From sequence record AP018932: a DNA stretch of 64,000 bases. One strand, written 5' to 3'. This document shows positions 10,528-21,571 of this stretch, in pieces. The notes beneath the pieces were generated by a model. The model saw only the letters and a list, made by a program, of their open reading frames with translations. It was not told where the DNA came from and made no database searches. The stretch is from Escherichia phage KIT03. Position 1 is the stretch's first letter. Each line of letters opens with the position of its first letter. The position numbers and the translations under genes were made by a program.

Positions 10528-10539
10528 TATTTATAAATA
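10528..10539. promoter_or_regulatory. overlapping divergent late promoters (TATTTATAAATA) for gene 26 (-) and gene 51 (+)
   Basis: palindromic TATTTATAAATA gives TATAAATA on both strands between the divergent start codons. Confidence 0.6.
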
Positions 10540-10556
10540 GAATAAAAGGAGCATCT

Positions 10557-11309
10557 ATGGCAAACATTATTCGTTGTAAATTACCAGATGGTGTTCATCG
10601 TTTTAAACCATTTACGGTAGAAGATTATCGAGATTTTTTGTTAGTTCGAAACGATATAGAACATCGGTCACCACAAGAACAAAAAGAAGTAATTGCTGAT
10701 TTAATTGCTGATTATTTTGGAGACTATCCAAAGACTTGGCAACCATTTATATTTTTGCAGGTATTTGTAGGTTCAATAGGTAAAACTAAAGTACCAGTCA
10801 CATTTGTATGTCCAAAATGTAAAAAAGAAAAGACAGTTCCATTTGAAATATATCAAAAAGAATTAAAGGAACCTATTTTTGATGTAGCTAATGTTAAAAT
10901 TAAATTAAATTTTCCTTCTGAGTTTTATGAAAATAAAGCAAAGATGATTACTGAAAATATTCATTCTGTTCAAGTAGATGAAATGTGGTATGATTGGAAG
11001 GAAATTAGTGAATCGAGTCAAATAGAACTTGTTGACGCCATCGAGATAGAAACATTAGAAAAAATTCTCGATGCAATGAATCCTATTAATTTAACATTGC
11101 ACATGTCGTGTTGTGATAAGTACATTAAAAAATACACTGATATAGTAGATGTGTTTAAGCTATTAGTTAATCCAGATGAGATATTTACTTTTTATCAAAT
11201 TAATCACACGCTTGTAAAAAGTAATTATAGCTTAAATTCAATAATGAAAATGATTCCTGCCGAGCGCGGATTCGTATTAAAACTGATTGAGAAGGATAAA
11301 CATCAATGA
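10557..11309 (+). CDS. 51: baseplate hub assembly catalyst gp51
   Basis: 250-aa ORF. Confidence 0.92.
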   Translation: MANIIRCKLPDGVHRFKPFTVEDYRDFLLVRNDIEHRSPQEQKEVIADLIADYFGDYPKTWQPFIFLQVFVGSIGKTKVPVTFVCPKCKKEKTVPFEIYQKELKEPIFDVANVKIKLNFPSEFYENKAKMITENIHSVQVDEMWYDWKEISESSQIELVDAIEIETLEKILDAMNPINLTLHMSCCDKYIKKYTDIVDVFKLLVNPDEIFTFYQINHTLVKSNYSLNSIMKMIPAERGFVLKLIEKDKHQ

Positions 11310-12478
11310 GTATGTTACAACGTCCTGGATATCCAAATCTCAGCGTTAAATTATTTGAGAGTTATGACGCTTGGAGTAATAATAGATTTGTTGAATTAGC
11401 TGCTACTATTACCACATTAACTATGCGTGACTCTCTTTATGGTCGAAATGAAGGAATGCTACAATTTTATGATTCTAAAAACATTCATACAAAAATGGAT
11501 GGAAATGAAATAATTCAGATTTCTGTAGCTAATGCAAATGATATTAATAATGTTAAAACACGAATTTATGGATGCAAGCATTTTTCCGTGTCAGTAGATT
11601 CAAAAGGCGATAACATCATTGCTATTGAATTGGGAACTATTCATTCTATAGAAAATCTTAAATTTGGTAGACCATTTTTCCCTGATGCTGGTGAATCTAT
11701 AAAGGAAATGCTTGGTGTCATTTATCAAGACCGCACATTATTAACTCCAGCGATAAATGCTATTAATGCTTATGTTCCTGATATTCCATGGACTAGCACA
11801 TTTGAAAACTATTTGTCATATGTAAGAGAAGTTGCTCTAGCGGTAGGAAGCGATAAGTTCGTATTTGTATGGCAAGACATCATGGGAGTTAACATGATGG
11901 ACTATGATATGATGATAAATCAAGAACCATATCCAATGATTGTAGGTGAGCCAACTTTAATAGGTCAATTCGTCCAAGAATTGAAATATCCATTAGCATA
12001 TGATTTTGTTTGGTTGACTAAATCAAACCCGCATAAACGTGATCCAATGAAAAATGCTACTATCTATGCTCATTCATTTTTAGATTCTTCATTACCAATG
12101 ATTACTACAGGAAAGGGTGAAAACTCTATTGTAGTGTCAAGGTCAGGTGCTTATTCTGAAATGACTTATAGAAATGGATATGAAGAAGCTATTCGTCTTC
12201 AGACTATGGCGCAGTATGATGGTTACGCTAAATGTTCTACTGTCGGTAATTTTAACTTGACTCCCGGCGTTAAAATTATTTTTAATGATAGTAAAAACCA
12301 ATTTAAAACAGAATTTTACGTTGATGAAGTTATTCACGAATTATCAAATAATAATTCCGTAACTCATCTTTATATGTTCACTAATGCAACGAAACTGGAA
12401 ACAATCGACCCAGTTAAGGTTAAAAATGAATTTAAAACTGATACTACCACTGAAGAAAGTAGTTCTTCCGATAAGTAA
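11306..12478 (+). CDS. 27: baseplate hub protein gp27
   Basis: 390-aa ORF. Confidence 0.93.
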   Translation: MSMLQRPGYPNLSVKLFESYDAWSNNRFVELAATITTLTMRDSLYGRNEGMLQFYDSKNIHTKMDGNEIIQISVANANDINNVKTRIYGCKHFSVSVDSKGDNIIAIELGTIHSIENLKFGRPFFPDAGESIKEMLGVIYQDRTLLTPAINAINAYVPDIPWTSTFENYLSYVREVALAVGSDKFVFVWQDIMGVNMMDYDMMINQEPYPMIVGEPTLIGQFVQELKYPLAYDFVWLTKSNPHKRDPMKNATIYAHSFLDSSLPMITTGKGENSIVVSRSGAYSEMTYRNGYEEAIRLQTMAQYDGYAKCSTVGNFNLTPGVKIIFNDSKNQFKTEFYVDEVIHELSNNNSVTHLYMFTNATKLETIDPVKVKNEFKTDTTTEESSSSDK

Positions 12479-12959
12479 TAAAGAAGTTTCTATTCCTAAG
12501 ATGGGTCTTAAACATTATAACATTTTAAAAGATGTTAAAGGTCCTGATGAAAATTTAAAGCTTCTTATTGATTCTATTTGTCCAAATTTATCACCGGCAG
12601 AAGTTGATTTCGTTTCTATTCATTTGCTAGAATTTAATGGAAAGATTAAATCTCGTAAAGAAATAGATGGTTATACTTATGATATTAATGACGTTTATGT
12701 ATGCCAAAGATTGGAATTTCAATACCAAGGAAATACATTTTATTTTAGACCTCCTGGAAAATTTGAACAATTTTTAACTGTAAGCGATATGTTATCCAAA
12801 TGCTTGCTTAAGGTCAATGATGAAGTTAAAGAAATTAATTTTCTTGAGATGCCAGCATTTGTTTTAAAATGGGCAAATGATATTTCTACAACTTTAGCAA
12901 TTCCTGGCCCTAATGGTCCAATAACCGGAATTGGCAATATTATTGGATTATTTGAATGA
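12426..12959 (+). CDS. 28: baseplate hub distal subunit gp28
   Basis: ORF 12384..12959; likely start at MNLKL (177 codons), overlapping the gp27 3' end. Confidence 0.85.
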   Translation: MNLKLILPLKKVVLPISNKEVSIPKMGLKHYNILKDVKGPDENLKLLIDSICPNLSPAEVDFVSIHLLEFNGKIKSRKEIDGYTYDINDVYVCQRLEFQYQGNTFYFRPPGKFEQFLTVSDMLSKCLLKVNDEVKEINFLEMPAFVLKWANDISTTLAIPGPNGPITGIGNIIGLFE

Positions 12960-14728
12960 AAAAGCCACAAGAAATGCAAACGATGCGTAGAAAAGTTATT
13001 TCAGATAATAAACCAACACAGGAAGCGGCTAAATCCGCTTCTAATACTTTATCTGGTCTTAATGACATTTCTACAAAATTAGATGATGCTCAAGCTGCCT
13101 CTGAATTAATAGCTCAGACTGTTGAAGAAAAATCAAATGAAATAGTTGGAGCAATTGATAACGTTGAAAGCGCAGTAAGTGATACTACTGCCGGTTCTGA
13201 GTTAATTGCTGAAACTGTTGAAATTGGAAACAATATTAATAAAGAAATCGGTGAATCGCTCGGAAGCAAATTAGATAAATTAACAAGTTTACTGGAACAA
13301 AAAATTCAGACAGCTGGAATTCAGCAAACTGGAACGAGTTTAGCAGTAGTCGAAAATGCTATTCCTGTTAAAGTCGTCGAGGATGATACGGCTGAATCTG
13401 TGGGTCCTTTATTACCGGCTCCTGAAACAGTTAATAATGATCCTGATGCTGATTTTTTCCCTACTCCTCATCCAATTGAACCAAAACAAGAGTCTCCAGA
13501 AGAGAAGCAAAAAAGAGACGCATTTAACTTAAAATTATCTCAAGCTTTAGATAAATTAACAAAGACAGTTGATTTCGGATTTAAGAAATCTATTTCAATT
13601 ACTGATAAAATATCTAGCATGCTATTTAAGTATACCGTCAGTGCTGCTATTGAAGCTGCTAAAATGGTTGCATTGATAATGGCTGTTGTTATTGGAATAG
13701 ACCTGCTGATGGTTCATTTTAAATACTGGTCAGATAAATTTTCAAAAGCCTGGGATTTATTTAGCACTGATTTTAAAACTTTCTCAAGCGAAACAGGAAC
13801 TTGGGGTCCTTTATTACAAAGCATCTTTGAATCTATTGATGAAATTAAAAAGTTCTGGGAAGCTGGAGATTGGGGCGGATTAACAGTAGCTATTGTTGAA
13901 GGGCTTGGAAGTGTTCTTTATAATTTAGGAGAGCTTATTCAATTAGGTATGGCTAAATTATCTGCTGCAATTCTTCGAGTCATTCCTGGCATGAAGGATA
14001 CTGCTGATGAAGTAGAAGGAAGAGCATTAGAAAATTTCCAAAATTCTACTGGAGCATCTCTTAATAAAGAAGACCAAGAAAAAGTAGCAAATTATCAAGA
14101 TAAACGAATGAATGACGATCTTGGCCCAATAGCAAAAGGATTAGACAAAATTGCGAACTGGAAAACTCGTGCATCTAACTGGATTCGTGGTGTAGATAAT
14201 AAAGAAGCATTGACTACTGACGAAGAACGTGCAGCAGAAGAAGAAAAATTAAAACAACTTTCACCGGAAGAAAGAAAAAATGCTTTAATGAAAGCTAATG
14301 AAGCTCGTGCTGCGATGATTCGTTTTGAAAAATACGCTGATTCAGCTGATATGAGCAAAGACTCGACAGTTAAATCAATTGAAGCTGCTCATGAAGACCT
14401 TAAAAAACGAATGAATGATCCGGATTTAAATAATTCACCAGCGGTTAAAAAAGAACTTGCTTCTAGATTTGCTAAAATTGATGCCACTTATCAAGAGCTC
14501 AAGAAAAATCAACCTGAAGCAAAACCTGAAACTTCTGCTAAATCACCAGAAGCAAAACAGGTCCAGGTGATTGAAAAGAACAAAGCACAACAAGCTCCTG
14601 TTCAACAAGCATCTCCTTCAATCAATAATACTAATAATGTTATTAAGAAAAATACTGTCGTTCATAATATGACACCTGTCACAAGCACAACTGCTCCTGG
14701 TGTATTTGGTGCGACGGGAGTTAATTAA
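12956..14728 (+). CDS. 29: baseplate hub / tail length determinator gp29
   Basis: 590-aa ORF. Confidence 0.93.
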   Translation: MKKPQEMQTMRRKVISDNKPTQEAAKSASNTLSGLNDISTKLDDAQAASELIAQTVEEKSNEIVGAIDNVESAVSDTTAGSELIAETVEIGNNINKEIGESLGSKLDKLTSLLEQKIQTAGIQQTGTSLAVVENAIPVKVVEDDTAESVGPLLPAPETVNNDPDADFFPTPHPIEPKQESPEEKQKRDAFNLKLSQALDKLTKTVDFGFKKSISITDKISSMLFKYTVSAAIEAAKMVALIMAVVIGIDLLMVHFKYWSDKFSKAWDLFSTDFKTFSSETGTWGPLLQSIFESIDEIKKFWEAGDWGGLTVAIVEGLGSVLYNLGELIQLGMAKLSAAILRVIPGMKDTADEVEGRALENFQNSTGASLNKEDQEKVANYQDKRMNDDLGPIAKGLDKIANWKTRASNWIRGVDNKEALTTDEERAAEEEKLKQLSPEERKNALMKANEARAAMIRFEKYADSADMSKDSTVKSIEAAHEDLKKRMNDPDLNNSPAVKKELASRFAKIDATYQELKKNQPEAKPETSAKSPEAKQVQVIEKNKAQQAPVQQASPSINNTNNVIKKNTVVHNMTPVTSTTAPGVFGATGVN

Positions 14729-14736
14729 GGAATAAT

Positions 14737-15831
14737 ATGGCAATTGTTAAAGAAATAACTGCTGATTTAATTAAAAAGTCCGGTGAAACAATTTCAGCCG
14801 GACAGAGTACTAAATCAGAAGTAGGAACTAAAACATACACAGCCCAGTTTCCAACTGGGCGTGCTAGTGGTAATGACACTACAGGGGACTTCCAGGTAAC
14901 AGATCTATATAAGAATGGATTATTATTTACTGCATACAATATGTCATCTAGGGATTCTGGAAGTCTTAGAACGATGAGATCTAACTACTCTTCTTCATCT
15001 TCGAGTATTTTACGTACAGCCAGAAACACTATCAGTAATACAGTATCAAAACTATCAAATGGACTAATATCAGATAATAATTCAGGAACAATAAGTAAAG
15101 TTCCTGTTGCAAATATTCTTTTACCTAGATCTAAATCTGACGTCGATACGTCATCACATAGATTTAATGATGTTCAAGATAGTCTTATTACAAAAGGCGG
15201 AGGAACTGCTACGGGTGTATTAAGTAATATGGCTTCAACTGCGGTATTTGGTGCGCTTGAAAGTATAACACAAGGAATAATGGCTGATAATAATGAACAG
15301 ATCTATACAACAGCTAGAAGTATGTATGGCGGTGCTGAAAATAGAACAAAAGTGTTCACCTGGGATTTAACTCCGCGCTCAACAGAAGATTTAATGGCTA
15401 TTATTAATATCTATCAGTATTTTAACTATTTTTCTTATGGTGAAACTGGTAAATCTCAATATGCTGCTGAAATAAAAGGATATTTAGATGAGTGGTATCG
15501 TTCTACATTTATTGAACCATTAACGCCAGAAGACGCGATTAAAAACAAGACGTTATTTGAAAAAATGACATCGAGTTTAACGAACGTTCTTGTAGTTTCA
15601 AACCCGACAATTTGGATGGTGAAAAACTTTGGTGCAACTTCTAAATTTGATGGAAAGACTGAAGTATTCGGTCCATGCCAAATACAGAGTATTAGATTTG
15701 ATAAAACACCAAATGGTAACTTTAATGGATTAGCTATTGCTCCTAACCTTCCAAGTTCTTTTACACTCGAGATTACTATGAGAGAGATTATTACGTTAAA
15801 CCGTGCTTCTTTATATACGGGGACTTTCTAA
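14737..15831 (+). CDS. 48: baseplate tail-tube junction protein gp48
   Basis: 364-aa ORF. Confidence 0.93.
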   Translation: MAIVKEITADLIKKSGETISAGQSTKSEVGTKTYTAQFPTGRASGNDTTGDFQVTDLYKNGLLFTAYNMSSRDSGSLRTMRSNYSSSSSSILRTARNTISNTVSKLSNGLISDNNSGTISKVPVANILLPRSKSDVDTSSHRFNDVQDSLITKGGGTATGVLSNMASTAVFGALESITQGIMADNNEQIYTTARSMYGGAENRTKVFTWDLTPRSTEDLMAIINIYQYFNYFSYGETGKSQYAAEIKGYLDEWYRSTFIEPLTPEDAIKNKTLFEKMTSSLTNVLVVSNPTIWMVKNFGATSKFDGKTEVFGPCQIQSIRFDKTPNGNFNGLAIAPNLPSSFTLEITMREIITLNRASLYTGTF

Positions 15832-16796
15832 TGTATTCTTTAGAGGAATTTAATAATCAAGCAATAAACGCAGACTTCCAACGTAATAATATGTTCAGCT
15901 GTGTTTTTGCTACAACTCCATCAACTAAAAGCTCATCGTTAATAAGCTCAATTAGTAACTTTGCTTATAATAACTTGGGTCTAAATTCAGATTGGTTGGG
16001 ATTAACTCAAGGTGATATTAATCAGGGAATTACCACGCTAATTACCGCTGGAACACAAAAACTAATAAGAAAATCGGGAGTCAGTAAATATCTTATTGGC
16101 GCTATGAGTCAGCGTACTGTCCAGAGTTTATTAGGCTCATTTACAGTTGGTACATATTTAATTGACTTCTTTAACATGGCATATAACTCATCTGGATTGA
16201 TGATATATTCTGTAAAAATGCCAGAAAATAGATTATCTTATGAAACTGACTGGAACTATAACTCTCCTAATATTCGTATAACTGGAAGAGAATTAGACCC
16301 TTTGGTTATTTCATTCAGAATGGATTCAGAAGCTTGTAACTATCGTGCAATGCAAGACTGGGTTAACGCTGTTCAAGACCCAGTAACTGGATTGCGTGCT
16401 TTACCGCAAGATGTCGAGGCAGATATTCAGGTTAATCTTCATTCTCGCAACGGATTACCACATACTGCGGTGATGTTCACTGGCTGCATTCCAACATCTG
16501 TGAGTGCTCCTGAGTTATCGTATGATGGAGATAACCAAATAACTACATTTGATGTTACTTTCGCTTATAGAGTCATGCAGGCTGGAGCAGTTGATAGACA
16601 AGCTGCCCTTGAATGGCTTGAATCTGCTACTATAAATGGTATTCAAAGCGTTCTCGGAAATAGTGGAGGTGTTACTGGACTATCTAATTCGCTTTCACGA
16701 CTTAGTAGATTAGGGGGAACTGCAGGAAGCATTTCAAATATTAATACTATGACAGGAATTGTCAATTCGCAGAGTAAAATATTAGGAGCAATATAA
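15831..16796 (+). CDS. 54: baseplate tail-tube initiator gp54
   Basis: 321-aa ORF. Confidence 0.93.
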   Translation: MYSLEEFNNQAINADFQRNNMFSCVFATTPSTKSSSLISSISNFAYNNLGLNSDWLGLTQGDINQGITTLITAGTQKLIRKSGVSKYLIGAMSQRTVQSLLGSFTVGTYLIDFFNMAYNSSGLMIYSVKMPENRLSYETDWNYNSPNIRITGRELDPLVISFRMDSEACNYRAMQDWVNAVQDPVTGLRALPQDVEADIQVNLHSRNGLPHTAVMFTGCIPTSVSAPELSYDGDNQITTFDVTFAYRVMQAGAVDRQAALEWLESATINGIQSVLGNSGGVTGLSNSLSRLSRLGGTAGSISNINTMTGIVNSQSKILGAI

Positions 16797-16800
16797 CAAT

Positions 16801-16830
16801 GGGGACCGAAAGGTCCCCATATTTTTATTT
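16801..16830. terminator. bidirectional hairpin terminator after gene 54
   Basis: GGGGACC-GAAA-GGTCCCC flanked by T-runs on both strands. Confidence 0.65.
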
Positions 16831-17115
16831 ACGGAATGAAATAAAAGCAGCAACTGAAGCAACAGAGGTTTCTTCAATATAAACCTCAATTTTTACCGGA
16901 GCTTCTGACTCAAATTTACCTGTTACTACACCTTGGAAAATACTTTCAGTCTGTTCTGGCTTTGAAAAATTTTCAGAAGGAAAAATTCCAAACTTTTTAT
17001 CGGTTCCGAAAATTTTAATAAATTCATCATAAACTGCTTCATTGAAAGCGTTATCAGCGGGAATAACGCCTTCAACGACGAGTTCTTGACCTAAAAAGCG
17101 CAAAGAAGATTTCAT
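16825..17115 (-). CDS. hypothetical protein upstream of alt region
   Basis: 96-aa ORF with GAGGA RBS immediately downstream of an early promoter. Confidence 0.7.
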   Translation of the reverse strand: MKSSLRFLGQELVVEGVIPADNAFNEAVYDEFIKIFGTDKKFGIFPSENFSKPEQTESIFQGVVTGKFESEAPVKIEVYIEETSVASVAAFISFRK

Positions 17116-17146
17116 TTTGTGTTCCTCATGTTATGTCAGTAAAACT

Positions 17147-17176
17147 ACTATAACACAATACGAGGGACTTGTAAAC
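17147..17176 (-). promoter_or_regulatory. T4-type early promoter (-35 GTTTAC, 18 bp spacer, -10 TATAGT)
   Basis: gtaaac at 17171..17176 and actata at 17147..17152 on the + strand. Confidence 0.6.
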
Positions 17177-19233
17177 TACATTTTGAACTTTTTAGACATT
17201 CCGTTGATGTTAACCAAAGAAGCTAAGATTTGAGAAACTTCGTTTTCCTCTTCTTTTGATTCTTCTACAAGGAATTGATTAAATCCAGCCATTGGACGAA
17301 CTTCACCAGTTTCCATCAGATGGTCGCCATCATATACTGATTCTTCTAATTGTTCAGAAGGAGGAACGATTGTACCTTCGATTAGATACTTGTTATAAGC
17401 AGTTTCTTTCATCATGTACGTACTTACTTTATTAATCTTCAGTAAAATTCCACGCGGCAAAATAACTTCAGCTTCTGATGGAAATCCTGATAAATGACCC
17501 GGAACGATAACTTTGATTCGCTCAGCTCCTTTAATTACCATACCCACGCTAGTTTCAGCATCTTCATTAGCATATGTAGAATGACTACCCATATGCATCA
17601 AATCTTCTGCATCAACAGAACCTTCTCCTTCGCCAGAAAATACTGCACCGGAATCATCTAGAGCCATATAGTTTTTACCATGCTCACCGAAGATATTTGG
17701 TTTAAGTGATGTCGATACGAAGTTCTTGAAATAGAACATTTTATTTTCAATATTGTGACGCAAAGTTTTAAAGGTAACTTCTTGTCCACGGTAAAGTGTA
17801 GTTCCTGGAGGAAGAACTGAACCTTTAGCGAATGCAGAATCCAGCGTCTCAATATGTTTAATAGCTCGTTCCATATATTCTTCACGGGTAGAATCTGGTT
17901 TACCCAAAAGGAACGAGTTCATTTCAACATATGAATCTGCGCAATAATCTTCAATTACGTCAGATTCAGCCTGAGTTAATCCTTTTGGAGTTACTTCAGT
18001 ACTTGCATATTCATATGCCTGAGCGGCAGATTCATTAATCAATTTATAAATGCCATTCATGACAAATTGAATAATAGCTGTCTTTTCATCTGGCGTAGCT
18101 TTAGAACCTTTAACTAAATCATTGATAATTTTCTTAATAACATCAAAGCTATTAGAAATATTAATGTCAGCAAGATCGCTTAAAATTTTATCAGTTTTAT
18201 AATCAAAGAATTCTTTATTCTTTAAATATTCTTGAGAACCTTGATATGTTATATCGCTCTGCAACTTGATAGATGGATCACGTAAACGTGCATGGGCTAA
18301 TGCAATATGATTTCGGAAGTTTTCTAGTTCATAATCGCTAGATTTAAAACGAGAAGCGCTCCTCATACCACCGATAGCTCCTTTGTTGAAGTTTGAACCA
18401 ATCTGAATAACGCCAGAGTTCATTGGTCCTTCTGCTTTATATACCGGAACTTTAGATTCAAACTCTTGATATTTCTTAGCAGCGAAGCTATCACCCTGAA
18501 GTGAAGCATCAACAGTAGAATATTGAGCTTGTGCTGCTAATCGACGACTAATTTTAGTTTTCTGAATAACAGCTTGATCCGTGCGCTTATCATTTTCTAA
18601 GGCAATAGAAGCAGCAACAGCAACAGCTTTAGGAACAGCATTACCTGTTTTAACGTCTACATAAACATCACCAACCTTTGATTCAACTTTTGTGAATAAC
18701 TCAGTTGAAATAGGAGGTACACCTGGAATGTCTTCTAAATTGGCATTTTTACGGTAAACCATAATATATGCATATTTCTTATCATAGTCCCAGATTTCCT
18801 TTAAAAGAACATATCGGCCTGCTCCTTTAGTACGTACTAAACGGTCAGCAATAACTTGCATTTGACGAGCAGCGCCATTTGTTTTACTCTTTAGTACGCG
18901 GAATAAGCATGCATCAATTTTATACTGTTTCATTGTTTGAAGAGCAGTATCAAAAACAGCATTAATGACGCCAATTGGATTTCCACCCAAGTTTCTAAGC
19001 TTAACCAGCGATAATTTCTCGTTGACACCTATCATTACGATATGCATCATTTTATCGCCTGGCTTAACGTTTTTATTTGTATCACCACCAGAGGTGTATG
19101 TACAAAATCTAAATCCAGGAAGCACGCTTTCTTCACCGGCTTGGATAGCAAAAATTTGTGGTATTTTATGCTTAGGATTTAAGTTAACAACCGGCGCCGA
19201 AGCGCCGTCAAATAATTCTGTAATAAGTTCCAT
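17176..19233 (-). CDS. Alt-like ADP-ribosyltransferase paralog (intact, 685 aa)
   Basis: shares N-terminal MELITELFD...CTYTSGGDTN capsid-targeting region with Alt and a C-terminal ART domain carrying R (LYRG), STS (FVSTSL) and E (EAEVILPRG) motifs. Confidence 0.85.
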   Translation of the reverse strand: MELITELFDGASAPVVNLNPKHKIPQIFAIQAGEESVLPGFRFCTYTSGGDTNKNVKPGDKMMHIVMIGVNEKLSLVKLRNLGGNPIGVINAVFDTALQTMKQYKIDACLFRVLKSKTNGAARQMQVIADRLVRTKGAGRYVLLKEIWDYDKKYAYIMVYRKNANLEDIPGVPPISTELFTKVESKVGDVYVDVKTGNAVPKAVAVAASIALENDKRTDQAVIQKTKISRRLAAQAQYSTVDASLQGDSFAAKKYQEFESKVPVYKAEGPMNSGVIQIGSNFNKGAIGGMRSASRFKSSDYELENFRNHIALAHARLRDPSIKLQSDITYQGSQEYLKNKEFFDYKTDKILSDLADINISNSFDVIKKIINDLVKGSKATPDEKTAIIQFVMNGIYKLINESAAQAYEYASTEVTPKGLTQAESDVIEDYCADSYVEMNSFLLGKPDSTREEYMERAIKHIETLDSAFAKGSVLPPGTTLYRGQEVTFKTLRHNIENKMFYFKNFVSTSLKPNIFGEHGKNYMALDDSGAVFSGEGEGSVDAEDLMHMGSHSTYANEDAETSVGMVIKGAERIKVIVPGHLSGFPSEAEVILPRGILLKINKVSTYMMKETAYNKYLIEGTIVPPSEQLEESVYDGDHLMETGEVRPMAGFNQFLVEESKEEENEVSQILASLVNINGMSKKFKM

Positions 19234-19236
19234 GAT

Positions 19237-21330
19237 TTATCCTTGAACGAACTTGTAAGGCATGTTTGTAATATCTATGCAAGACGCAATAATTCCAAGA
19301 GATGATTCTACTTTCTGTTTAACATTTGATGAAACAAATGATGCAAAGTCAACTTTGTCTTCTATTTCAATATCACCTGTCATTGCAACCAATTCACCAG
19401 TTTCCATTAAATGGTCTCCATCATAGATTACCGATTCGGTGAGCTCTTCCGTGGTCATAACTTCAGCTTGAATGAGTTTTGTATTATTAGATGTTGTTCC
19501 GTCATTATTAGAAGCATCAGTTATTTTATTAACCTTGACCATCAATCCGCGTGGTAGAATAACTTCAGCTTCTGTTGCTATTCCGAGACTTCCTGGATAT
19601 ACAACATTAACTTTATGAGCTCCATCAATTGCCCATCCTATTTGAACTTTAACATATTCAGGATTTTCTTTATACGCTCTTATTTCGTTTGGATTAATAG
19701 TTATTCCTTCTTCATTTTTATCAACTGTTAATTCATTGCGAGCTTCTGGTTCTAAAAGACCAATACCAGCATGTGTGATTCCAAAACGTCCAAAAATGAT
19801 AGGAGTTAAAGAAGTAGATACAAAATTTCTGAAGTAGAACACTTTATTTTTAACTAACGCTTCATATATAGGAGCAGTCATACTTTGAGCACGATAAACT
19901 GTAATGCCTTCTGGTATACGGTCACCATTTTCAAAAGCTGAATCTAAGTTATTTATAGCAGATTCAATTTCTTTTTCACTCATTACATCGTATCGTTCTG
20001 GATTGTAACGACCTAAAAGAAGATTATTGATGTCAGTATATCCTGAACCGCAATATTCTCTAATGCCACGCTTTTGTGATGGAGTATATTTAGAACCATC
20101 GCGGGCAATAGTAATATCAATCATTGGACCAGCACCAATTCCAGAAAAACTGTAAATCATTCGTTTGAGGAATTTAGTTTTTGCTGCGTTCCAGGAATTT
20201 TTAGTTATTTCTTCCCAGACTTCATCTGGTTGTCCTTTACGATTTTTATTATGATTAGCAAGCCATTTATCTTTATAATCTTCAAAGAATTGATTTACAG
20301 CTGCTGCGTATTTCTCTAAACATTTTATTGAAGTAGTTGGTTCATTTTTAATTGCATTAAAAATTACTTCTTTAATTTTTTCTGAAACTTCACCGACTTG
20401 ACTCATTGGAAAGAATTTATAATCATAGTGAAGTTCATCTGCCGTTCCTTCAGCAATAATTTTTGCTGCCTTTGTTTTAGAAGCTAATGAATTAATTCCA
20501 ATTTTCATTTCTTCTGCTTCGGGAATTAAAGGTGCAGTAGCTGGTTTATTAAAATTGGCTGCTGTAGATTCATACTTCTGGAATAATTCACTTTCAAATC
20601 TAGAAGATTCCAATGACTGACTTTGTGCAATTGCTCTACGGGAAATTTTAACTTTAACGATTACAGCTTGATCAGAACGTTTATCGTTTTCTTGCGCAAT
20701 AGATGCTGCAATTGCCTCATTTTTAGTTACTTGAGCTCCGGTATCTTTATTGATATAAACATCGCCGACCTTCGATTCAACTTTAGTAAAGAGCTCTGTA
20801 CTAATTTCCGGAACTCCTGGAATGTCTTCTAGTGATACATTTTTGCGATGTATAAGAATATATGCGTACTTTTTATCATAATCCCAGAGTTCCTTAAGAA
20901 GGACGTATCTGCCACCTGAACGACTACGGATAAGTCTATCAGCAATAAGTTGAATTTGACGAGCTTGACCAGCAGTTTTAGACTTAAGAATACGGAGCAT
21001 GCAGGCATCAATTTTATACTGACGCATCGTCTGCATCGCAACAGTAAAAACTGAATTGATGTAATTAATTGGGCTTGGACCGAGACCTTTTAATTTAGCA
21101 ATTGAACCTTTAGCAGTTAATGTAAAAGGAACAATATGCATCATTTTATCGCCCATCTTTAAATCGCGATTAGTATCACCTCCAGATGTATAGGTACATA
21201 AACGAAAGCCTGGTTGTTCAATTGCGTCATCAACATGAACTGAAAAAATTTGCGGTATTTTCTTCTTTGGATTTAAGTTTGTAATCGGAAGAGTAGTATC
21301 TTCGTCAAATAATTCTGTAATGAGTTCCAT
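19237..21330 (-). CDS. alt: internal head ADP-ribosyltransferase Alt
   Basis: 697/698-aa ORF recognised as T4 Alt; R-STS-E catalytic motifs present. Confidence 0.92.
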   Translation of the reverse strand: MELITELFDEDTTLPITNLNPKKKIPQIFSVHVDDAIEQPGFRLCTYTSGGDTNRDLKMGDKMMHIVPFTLTAKGSIAKLKGLGPSPINYINSVFTVAMQTMRQYKIDACMLRILKSKTAGQARQIQLIADRLIRSRSGGRYVLLKELWDYDKKYAYILIHRKNVSLEDIPGVPEISTELFTKVESKVGDVYINKDTGAQVTKNEAIAASIAQENDKRSDQAVIVKVKISRRAIAQSQSLESSRFESELFQKYESTAANFNKPATAPLIPEAEEMKIGINSLASKTKAAKIIAEGTADELHYDYKFFPMSQVGEVSEKIKEVIFNAIKNEPTTSIKCLEKYAAAVNQFFEDYKDKWLANHNKNRKGQPDEVWEEITKNSWNAAKTKFLKRMIYSFSGIGAGPMIDITIARDGSKYTPSQKRGIREYCGSGYTDINNLLLGRYNPERYDVMSEKEIESAINNLDSAFENGDRIPEGITVYRAQSMTAPIYEALVKNKVFYFRNFVSTSLTPIIFGRFGITHAGIGLLEPEARNELTVDKNEEGITINPNEIRAYKENPEYVKVQIGWAIDGAHKVNVVYPGSLGIATEAEVILPRGLMVKVNKITDASNNDGTTSNNTKLIQAEVMTTEELTESVIYDGDHLMETGELVAMTGDIEIEDKVDFASFVSSNVKQKVESSLGIIASCIDITNMPYKFVQG

Positions 21331-21361
21331 CATATCCTCTCTAGTGTTTATTCTATTTATA

Positions 21362-21381
21362 AAATTAAAGGCCCGAAGGCC
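21362..21381 (-). terminator. hairpin terminator (AGGCC-UUCG-GGCCU) between ligase operon and alt
   Basis: GC stem with UUCG loop then UUUAAUUUU on the - strand. Confidence 0.6.
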
Positions 21382-21382
21382 T

Positions 21383-21571
21383 TTAATAATCTATTGGTAA
21401 GAGAGTACGATATATTTCAAACTTTGGACCTTTTTCATAAGCATCAAAAGTTTCTGTGAATTTATTATAAGCATATGCATCTATAAATTCAATCATGATT
21501 TGTGATACAGAAGTAGAAACATCTCCACCTTCTTTTTGAGCCACGACAATTGTTTCTAAGTAAGCTTTCAT
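21383..21571 (-). CDS. hypothetical small protein
   Basis: 62-aa ORF, start overlaps DNA ligase stop. Confidence 0.6.
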   Translation of the reverse strand: MKAYLETIVVAQKEGGDVSTSVSQIMIEFIDAYAYNKFTETFDAYEKGPKFEIYRTLLPIDY

